DNA from: the human T2T-CHM13v2.0 reference genome, Homo sapiens
Assembly: GCF_009914755.1 (NCBI RefSeq)
Contig: NC_060930.1
Length of the DNA stretch: 64,000 nucleotides
Direction: 5' to 3' (one strand)
This document shows, one piece after another, positions 50,651-64,000 of the stretch (the stretch's first letter is position 1; every line of letters begins with the position of its first letter). A model generated the notes under the pieces. It did no database searches, had not been told where the DNA came from, and worked only from the letters and a program-made list of their open reading frames with translations. Both the position numbers and the translations under genes were made by a program.

Positions 50651-51641
50651 AAGGTGGGTATTAGGCTAACAATCATTTTAAAAGTTAGTAACTCAATTAT
50701 TAAATTCATTTAAAAGATCTTACTGCGAAATTAGTAGTATCAGATCATGGCTCTCAAATACCAACAGTGCTGCCTAGTCTCATCATAAATCACCAAACTG
50801 ACTTCTTTTTCCTTCACAGCTTTCCCAGAAAACACAGAAACATGGAGTATTACACACAGCACTGATTCAACTAATTCACACTTCGTTTGTGAAGTATGCC
50901 GTTTTCATAGCCTTGTAAAGAAGTTACAGGATTCTTCAAAGGGATCCCTTCACTCATCTGAGACACCCACTGCACAGTGTTTAAAAACATGTTTGCTCTG
51001 GTTTATACGCAGGAAGAGTCTAAACAAAAAGAAAAAATGCAGAAAAATAATCTTTTCTCCAACAACTCTCCCCAAGCTGATATTTCCATGGTGTTATTCA
51101 AACCAGAAAAGCCTTCTCCTATTGAAACTTGAAATGTCCTATTAATGAACTGGGTGGTGGGGTGGGGGGGTGGAAGATTAAAAGGAAGGCAAGATAAAGA
51201 CGCCTGTCGGAGCCTTTAAACCCTCCCTTCTCCGACCAAGGCTGCCCACAGGGAGGGCACGGAGGTGGAATTCGCTTCCGCAGGCAGTCTCCCCAGGCGT
51301 CCTCCTGGACTCCGAAGCTCTGACTACCCCACACTGCCAAGTCCCTGGATCTGCCTCTCTGAAGAGCCATCCAGACCGACATGCAGGGAGACCATCTTCC
51401 TGGACACGGAGCCTCTGAATCCCGGGGTCTCTCATGCTGCACCCGTTAAAGTCTTCCTGTGGCCCTGACACCTCCATCTCCCCTTTATCCAGAAAAGATG
51501 CAGGAACAAATCTGCTTCAATGTAATTTAACTTAGCAGCCCAGAATCTTTGCTCTTTCTGATTTGAACTGATTAAAAAACTTTATAGATAATCAGACCAT
51601 ACCTGTCCTATTAAACAGAAATTTAAAAGACTCAAAATGTG

Positions 51642-51946
<305 letters not shown>

Positions 51947-52650
51947 GAAGACGCAAAATGTGTTAACCTGTGGATAACAAAGTCTGTTTAACCAACATTG
52001 CAATACTTCACTTGGCAAAATGATACCCTGAATCATGATATAAATGCCAGATGCATCGTAAGTTAAATCCTCAACTTGGAAAACCTTTCCAGGCATATCA
52101 ACAACCAAAATTGCAGTTTTAGTCCTAAGAAATACAGTTTTGTTCCCAAGACTTAGAGGCCCTCTTGGGTACCAAGTGTCTTTTGAACCGTGCAGCTATC
52201 AGACAATGAACTCATCAAATGTTTCTCCTGTAATGCCACCCTTTAACCTACCGCTGTGGATATTTGTAAACTTTGTCTCTGTCAAAACAGACTGGCTGTA
52301 TCCAACAGCCTCCACCTTCAAAAAAAAGCTACTGATTTAGCAAGGCTGCCCCAGTTCATAGAACCTATGTGTCTACCATGCAATCCATTATTGCTTAACA
52401 TATACAACCTTATCAAGTTTTATGTAAGAATGTTTTACTAGTAAAATCTTAATATGGGCCCATAAAATAATCAAACACAAACGTAGAAAACTTAACATTC
52501 AACATGATATTAAAATATCTCCTAGGGTCAAACATCAAGGCTTCGAATAATTTAATGATCAATAAAAATTAACATTGAATTTGGTAGCAAACACTTATAA
52601 AATGGCATCATACATTTGTATCTGTTAAATGCTTTAAGCACATAGTTTTA

Positions 52651-54363
<1,713 letters not shown>

Positions 54364-54822
54364 TCACTTTAAAAATCATATTTTATGATACTGAGGGGAA
54401 AAGTGAATTAGCTACCTTAATTTTTCTTTAGGAAAAAAAACCTGTTTTTCTATTAACATCTAATTATTTGTGGTGATTTTTGACATACAAAAGATCCCCC
54501 ACGCCGTCCTCCTTCTTCAGCCTGTAATCAAATGCACCAGCCTTTTTCTATAGGGTATTTCCATGTATGCTTAGAAAATCCTGCCCATCTCCCGCTACAT
54601 ATAACTGAAGACATGCCTCAGCTTCACTGCCTCCCGAAACCCAACTGAAGTGCCTGCAAAGTGATCTCTAAGAGAAAGTCCCACAAGATCAGAAAGAGGA
54701 GGCAGGAACAAGAAGAGGATCCACCAACTCTCAGGGGCAAAGGGCTGTGCCAGCCGAGATGGGAACGCTGTGACATGAGCTGACTTGTGAAGCTCCCTCC
54801 CAGTAAGTAAAAATAAACTTTA

Positions 54823-55456
<634 letters not shown>

Positions 55457-56106
55457 TTAACAAACTGAAGGCACACATCTCAGAAACGTAACTTTGATTA
55501 AGAAAGGTGTGCTCATGTTACACTCAAAAAAATAAAATGACATGAATACACAGAGATACAGCAAAAATACAAAACTATGACCAAGAAGCAAATATATCAA
55601 TCTCAAAAGGAGGAAAAAGGGAAGAGGACAGGACTGGGAGATAGGTTCCTAATTCCCTCTGTAATATTTTATTTCTTTAAAAATTCTGGAAAACAAAGAT
55701 AGTGAAATGTTAATACTTGTCCAAGCTAGGTGTAGCTAAGAAGATATTTATTATTCCCCATATATATGTATATATTTGAAACAGTTCATAATTTAACTTT
55801 ATGTTATCAATAGTATTTGTCCCACATAACATCACTTCAATATGCTGCAGAGCCGAGATGATAATTGAGGATTCTCAAATCCCCCAAATTCTCTGATTCC
55901 GTCATGCCAAAGGCCCCGCGCATAGTAATACAAAGGAAGGTTTAAAATGAGTAGGATCTGGATAATTCCCTCTCATCAAGAGTTTGGTGATATGAGGTCA
56001 TTATTAAATTTGGGGCAACATTTTAAAATGTAAATACCTTTCAACATCACATTATTGAAACAGCTTCCTGTGATCTAAAAATAATGCACAGGGCGGGGGG
56101 TGCCTA

Positions 56107-56253
<147 letters not shown>

Positions 56254-57139
56254 TCAGTAATTACTGTCAATATAATAAATGTTAACAAAAACACTATTGC
56301 TCTAAACATAAAATTATTTCTTCTTAAAACCCAACATCTATTTGTTCTAAATGTGTACATAAACTTTGTTAGACCCAATCTACAATTTTTGTTTCTGCCT
56401 ACTACTTCTGAAAGGTATTATATGATTAAAATGTTACTGTAATGAATGCTTTGAATTCCAGCCATTTAACAACTTTAAAAGAAAATCGAAACTTAGCAGT
56501 AAACATACTAAGTACCAAAGATTTTATTAAAGCTGAAATTCAAAATGTTTTAAAATACAGTTCTGAGGTGTCTGCTCTCAAATTTAGACCTCACAACCAA
56601 ACGTTATGACACAGAGCAAGCTGACGGCATCCACAGCTCTCAGCAAACTCCTTCCTGAAGCTGCTGCCAAACGCTTCACCTTTAGAGGCCCTAGGTCTTC
56701 AATTGACACTTCCTTTCTTGTCTTTCTCGTATTCAATCCCCTTTCTATAAAAGACGCAAAGAAAATAAATCCCAACATCTTTGAAAATTGGACTGCTTTT
56801 TATGTTATGTTCTTTGCAAGTCGCCTGCTCATAATTTCATGATTTGAAGGTGAGTTTCCTACCATTGCCTTTTCTTTCCCTGTCCTAGTCATAAGGTTAT
56901 CTATCATCTTCCTGTCTCTCCTTTCCTGTTCTGCTCCCAAATGATCTCCCGTAAGTTCATCAAAACAAGTCACTCCTCTCCCTAAAATATACTTCCCCCA
57001 CGTAATAGCCCCTTGGCCATTACTGCTATCTGGACTATGAAATCACACTGAATCAATATTTAAAATTCTTCAAATGTTTCAGTATTAATCATGTGGCATT
57101 CGCAGACCATAACAAACATAAGGATAGATTTAACCATAT

Positions 57140-57752
57140 GAATGTATGCATGCATGTGGCAAGTGTGTAAGTGTGCGCATGTGTATGCATCTATCTGCGT
57201 GTGTGCCTATTGCATGTGTATTAATACGTGGCAAATATGTAAGTGTATGTGTATGCATCTACATGTGTGTGTGCCTATTGCATGTGTGTGAATATGTGGC
57301 AAGTATGTAAGCGTGCATATGTGTATGCATCTATATGCGTGTGAATATGTGGCAAGTATGTAAGCATGCGTATGTGTATGCATCTCCATGTGTGTGAATA
57401 TGTGGCAAGTATGTAAGTGTGTGTATGCGTATGCATCCATATGCGTGTGTGCCTATTGCATGTGTGTGAATACGTGGTAAGTATAAGTGTGCGTATGTGT
57501 ATGCATCTATATGCGTGTGCCTACTGCGTGTGTCTGAGTATGTGGCAAGTATGTAAGTGTGCGTATGTGTATGCATCTACACGTGTGTGAATATGTGGCA
57601 AGTATGTAAGTGTGCGTATGTGTATGCATCTATATGCGTGTGCCTCTTACATGCATGTGAATATGTGGCAAGTATGTAAGTGTGCGTATGTGTATGCATG
57701 TATATGCGTCTGTGCCTATTGCATGTGTGTGAACATATACATGTAGACACAC
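57140..57752. repeat. TG/TA-rich minisatellite (atatgtggcaagtatgtaagtgtgcgtatgtgtatgcatct core)
   Basis: About 9-10 diverged copies of the core. Confidence 0.9.
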
Positions 57753-57768
57753 ATTTAAGAAACTAATT

Positions 57769-58089
<321 letters not shown>

Positions 58090-58145
58090 AACTAATCAAT
58101 AACTGTTATTGCATTGAAGCAATAACTTTTAATCAGTAACTTTTA

Positions 58146-58457
<312 letters not shown>

Positions 58458-58639
58458 CTACTTATCTGGTACTTTCATACAACACAACTGGAACAGCATT
58501 TTTCAAGTAATTAGGGGCGCGCCAGGAGGCTTCTCCTCGCCACAGTGAGGCTGCAGAGCCTGAGGCAGGGTGCACCATCTCCCTTCAGTAGAGACTCAGT
58601 GTGGCTTCTGAAGGCAGTTGCTCTAAAGCCTCACGTTCC

Positions 58640-59015
58640 ATTTTTTCAACTTTTATTTTAGATTCAGGAGGTGCAGGTGTGGGTTTGTTAGGAGCGTGTA
58701 CTGCATGGTGCTGGGTACTGTGCAGTGCTGGGTACTGCGTGGTGCTGGATACTGCGTGGTGCTGGGTACTGTGTGGTGCTAGGGTTTGGGGTGTGAGTGA
58801 ACGCCTCGGCCAGGCAGTGTGGAGCGTGTACCATGTGGTGCTCGGTACTGTGTGGTGCTGGGTACTGTGTGGGGCGTGTACTGCGTGGTGCTGGGTACTG
58901 TGTGGAGCGTGTACTGCGTGGTGCTGGGTACTGCGTGGTGCCGGGTACTGCGTGGTGCTGGGTACTGTGTGGTGCTGGGGTTTGGGGTGTGAGTGAACGC
59001 CTCGGCCCGGCAGTG
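58640..59015 (-). repeat. L1 3'-end fragment expanded into a (gtactgcgtggtgctgg)-type minisatellite
   Basis: L1 terminus ttttattttagattcagg followed by 17-bp units. Confidence 0.78.
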
Positions 59016-62000
59016 TAAAACCTCGCATTTCTTAAACTAAGAAGTTCAACATTATGTGTGCATCTGTGAGTGTATGTTTTCAGAAAAGAACATGATAACA
59101 TTTAGTATTATGAACTACAGTATAGAAATCTGTGGACTCCATGATAATGTATCAGTATTTTAAAGAACTGCTGTCAACGTTGAAGAAAAAAGTGAAAAAA
59201 AAAAATCCCTGAGCACACACATATAAGTTGATCATTTGTTGTGACAGATTTGAAAAGTTTTGTCTAAACTCACAATGGCTGCTTGGATGCTGATTTCTGA
59301 GAGCGCCAATGCTGGTCTTCAGGTGTCTGAATATCAGCAGTGTGTGCTGCTCTGATATTAAACTAAGGTAGGCGATGAGGCACAGTGTTTATTTCGTACA
59401 CCTGTAGGAGCTTTTCTGTCCACTCCCCACCTCATCCTACTCCCAGCCTAACCCTGGGGCCCAGACCCTGAGCACGTGCTGGTTTCTGGACCTGTCTTGC
59501 CTCATAACCCCTAGAACGGCTGTCAGGGCAGGAGGCATCTTCAAACAGTCTCTCAGCTGCCACCACCTGACGGTTCTAAGAAGCGGCGGACACAAAGGAA
59601 AGGAGAAAGCAAAGACGACCAGGGATGCGCTTCTTCTCAGAGGTCGGCCCTGGAGCCAAAGCCAGCTGTGTGGCATGGTGAGGAGGGCGAGAGGGGACGA
59701 GCTGGGGAGGTGAGGGCAAGGAGAGGCCGCACCCAGCCCTGCAGCCTCTGACCCCTGAGCACCCGGGCTGGGATGGCAAGAAGAAGACTGACGGGCAGCC
59801 TCACTCATGCTTCCTGACGACAAATGACCCTAGACCTGCTCGACGACCCCATTTTGCCTCCATAGCTCACAGGGAATGGGTAACCACAACTCCCGAGAAA
59901 ATTCCTGCCATAGCCGGGATCTCCCCACGGAGCAGAAGACCCCTTCCTGTGGGCCTCAGCATGTGAATCACACATCACAATTTATAGACTAGACAATGAA
60001 CTGCAATCTCACTACATCACATCTGTCAGGGTATCAACATAAAAAAGGCAAAACCAGGAAAGATATAAGAATAAGAACATAACTCAGTTCTGCAACAGGA
60101 CGCCAGGAAACGCAGAGCTGAAATTCACAGCGCAGAAAAACGTGAAATAGCTTTGCTGCCCTCACGTGTAGAGTTCTGGCAGTTTTAGCAAAAGTACAGA
60201 GGCTGGTTAAGGAAAGCTCCAAACATTCCTCACTGCTGCCCAGCTAACAGCAGCTGCAAGACTCAAAGGAAAGTCACGTTTGTGACTGCCATTAATAGAC
60301 ACCACCCATGCCGCTTGTACCGAACACCAGCGGTGTCCGCAGCTCTGCACCATCCAAGAATATCGCAGGTTCACAGACACCTGCTGCAGGGCCTGGTCCA
60401 GGCAGCCTGGGCCATAAGGGCGTCCTCCCAGTGGGAAGGGCCTGACGTATCTGCCCGGTGACTGACCTCAGAAGTCACTCCATTACCAGCCATGTGGCGC
60501 ACTGTCTTCCAATATCAAGCTCAGACCAGCCTCCACTGCCTGGCTGCAAGAGGCCGCGAGAGGTCGCACAGGAGGGAGGGTGAAGTCACTGCTACCCATG
60601 CTCTTCCTTCTTAGTGAGACTGAGGATGTGTTTTCTACGTGAGGCCACACAGGAGGGAGGGTCAAGTCACTGCTACTCATGCCCTTCCTTCTTAGTGAGA
60701 CTGAGAAATGTGTTTTTCTCGTCCTTCCCACCTCCTCCTACCAGCACAGCGTTTGCTGCACGTCCAGTGGCCACTAAGCCACCAAGGCCAGCAGAGGCAC
60801 CGGCAATGCAGGGGTTGCGAAGTGCCACCTTCTGCTCAGCCCCGACAAGTCAGCTTGGTCCTTCATCTCAAGTGTCAGGGACGGACCTCCCACTCCCAGG
60901 ATGAAAACAATGGAGATTCCTTAGAACTTGCCAAAGGTGGGATCCCCCTCCTCTCCCGAGCTCCAGCCCCAAACACATGCGTGAAGCGCTGCGGGCCGCA
61001 GGGTGCATCGAAGACGAATCACCGCAGGCAAGGCCGGGCCCTCGGGAGCCAATCCCCACGAAGCAAGGTGCCCATGGGGGACCACATGGGTGCCTCTTCC
61101 TCTCTCTCCCCACGATCTCCTCACGGTACGGAAGGCCTCCCTCCTCTTTTCAGTTGGCCAGTTTCCCCTGTGGTGAGTGTGATGAGATGAGAAGCTTCAG
61201 AAACAGAGTGAAAAGGATTCTAAAACCCTACCTAGGTCAGGGTTTTAGACCTCTGGACCTAGACTTCCCCTGGACATGGACCCCGCGCTGGGGAAGCAGT
61301 CAAGGGTGTGGGGACATAAGCAGCATGGAGGCCGGCGTGGGCAGTCCCCGCTCCGAGAAGGAGCAGAGCAGAAGCCACTCGGCGCAGCTCGAGCCAACCA
61401 AGAGCTCGGGACCAGGAGAGATGCGCATCTTCACTTCATACTTGGACAAAGATTTCTCGTTTTTATACAGTTCCACTATCTGTAATGGAATTTTAGATTT
61501 AATCTTCCGAAATGCCTGACCCCAGAACTTCACAACGATCACCGCTAGCTCCAGGGCGCGTCACAGATGACGCAGCTCTCCCGCGCAGCGCGCTCAGAAG
61601 CCGCCATCCCGTATCGCTGAGAATCTACTCTGTGCCAGGCACATGCTCGGCGGAAGGCCTGGGACTCAAGTACCTGTCTTTGGACTAGACACAATTTTTG
61701 ATAGGAAAAATTCTAAAATCTAAAGCAGAAACACATAACTCCTTTATTAAATTAAATACGGTTGCTCTCAGTGGTTTTCAAGCTGGGATGTGCTACCTGA
61801 CTGTATGCTCAGAGGCCCCTGAACTCTCCAGGAGAGAATTTGAATTTATACTTATTTGTCACAGATCATAATGGAAATAAAGACACTCATTTTTCTGTGT
61901 TCTGGGCAGGTGCTGAGAGACCAGTCATATTTTCAACGTTGAGCGATGCCACTATTAAACGTTACACACCCAAAGTGAAACGATGTGGCTTGTGCAGTTG

Positions 62001-62570
62001 AGATGGTTAAATGTGGCCCTTCCCCCCCGCCCACAGAAACAGAGCAAGTTTTTGTAAAGATGAATTTGAAAACCCACTACATTTTTTCAGTTTAGTGAGA
62101 AGCCCTTTTTCCAACAATAAAATACACAGGGAAACACCCACAGTCAACAGAACAACCACTCATATCAACTATTCAGCCACGAAAGAGGCCGGCTCAGGGC
62201 TCCCAGGTGCACTGTGAAGATTCTGAGGCTGCAGGATAGATATGAGGTGGGACCAGGAGCAAGGCGCTCGAAGGGCAAGGGTGGCATCCAGGCCAAGCCC
62301 GGAGAACCGTTCTCCACCCAGACCATGCAGGGGGCGGCAGCTTTGCTCATGCAGGAGCCGAGCCCGGCTCTGCCTGCCCTTGGGGGCCTGCTAGACCTGG
62401 CCCTGGGTGTTAGCAAGCAGAGGGTGTGAGGCGGGAGTCACTGGGGGCGCTCATCTGCTCCCAGGTGTGGCCTTGCCTAGGCCTGCTTCCCACTGTCTCT
62501 GTCCCCAACTCAGCCCCACCAGGCCCCACCTCCGCGTTTCCTAATGACTGCCCTTGGGGTGGTCACGCGA

Positions 62571-62799
62571 CAGGCTGTGTGTCCCATATTCGCAATGCTT
62601 GGGATTAGAGGTGTTTTGGAGTTCCCATTTTTTCAGATTTTGGAGTATTTGCATTATGGCAGGTAAGCAACCCTAATCCAAAAATCTGAAATCTGAGATG
62701 CTTCAACGAGCATCTCCTTGATGTTATGTCAGCACTCAAAGTGTTCTGGATTTGGGGGTATTTGGATTTCAGAATTTTGGATTACGGATGCTCAACCTG
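62571..62799. mobile_element. Tigger4a/MER46A MITE
   Basis: cagg...atgcttggga...aatctgaaat...ggatgctcaacctg then TA. Confidence 0.78.
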
Positions 62800-63275
62800 T
62801 ATAAAAACAGAAGGACTAGTGAGATATTTTGTGTTGTTTCTGTGCTTCTGTTAAAATATCTACCAAGTGTAAGTTCTAAAGCAAGCCATATCAGGATCCT
62901 AATGAAGAGCTGGCAGGTTTTATGGGATTAGAATTAGGAATCAAATATATGTCCCAGTTATGAGTTGAAATGGTCATAATTTTAACACTGTTGCTCTCAG
63001 ATCTACTTTTTTTAAAAAAAAATTGTTTGCTTTGTTACATTTATAAAAATGTCTATGTACAAACCCCACTAAATTTCAAAATATATTTCAACTGTATGCC
63101 TTTTGATTACATTAATTAAATATATTTCAATTATTTAGGATTTGACTTCATTCACTCCCCTAAAACTCTACAAATGAATGGCTCTTGGCCTCCAGGGCAA
63201 CAGCCACGAAAGTGCTGCCACGCTGTTCTCATGAGTTATGTTTGCCCTGTTTGGTTGAAGATCTCAGTGAATCTA

Positions 63276-64000
<725 letters not shown>

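Noticed and set aside
50724-51019. Strong minus-strand acceptor at 51020-51021 as an extra exon
   Set aside because: Donor pairing is ambiguous and the WDR27 frame is complete without it
51950-52450. Possible processed pseudogene fragment
   Set aside because: The frames I translated gave no recognisable protein; no poly-A tail or TSD

Overview
Human genomic DNA (a near-consensus, human-specific AluYb8 is present) lying inside one minus-strand gene. Eight GT-AG-bounded exons (63416-63505, 58275-58396, 56108-56241, 54165-54262, 52684-52805, 33291-33388, 21944-22046, 2540-2638; 866 nt) splice in frame into tandem WD40 repeats that I recognise as the C-terminal part of WDR27 (chr6q27); start and stop codons are outside the window. 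The rest is repeat-rich intron: about 18 Alus, old and young L1 fragments (four with 5' inversions), near-complete Tigger2, Tigger3, Tigger4a and MER75 DNA transposons, a full-length THE1A, five clustered ERV1 solo LTRs, MaLR LTRs and several minisatellites. Almost all long ORFs in the track are repeat artefacts. I found no convincing new multi-gene system. The best leads are: (1) a U12-type (minor spliceosome) intron; (2) a 31-bp VNTR made of decoy 3' splice sites next to an exon; (3) a rearranged L1PA carrying captured foreign DNA inside intact TSDs; (4) a candidate poison exon; (5) local templated insertions. Repeat subfamily names come from remembered consensus sequences and should be confirmed with RepeatMasker/Dfam.
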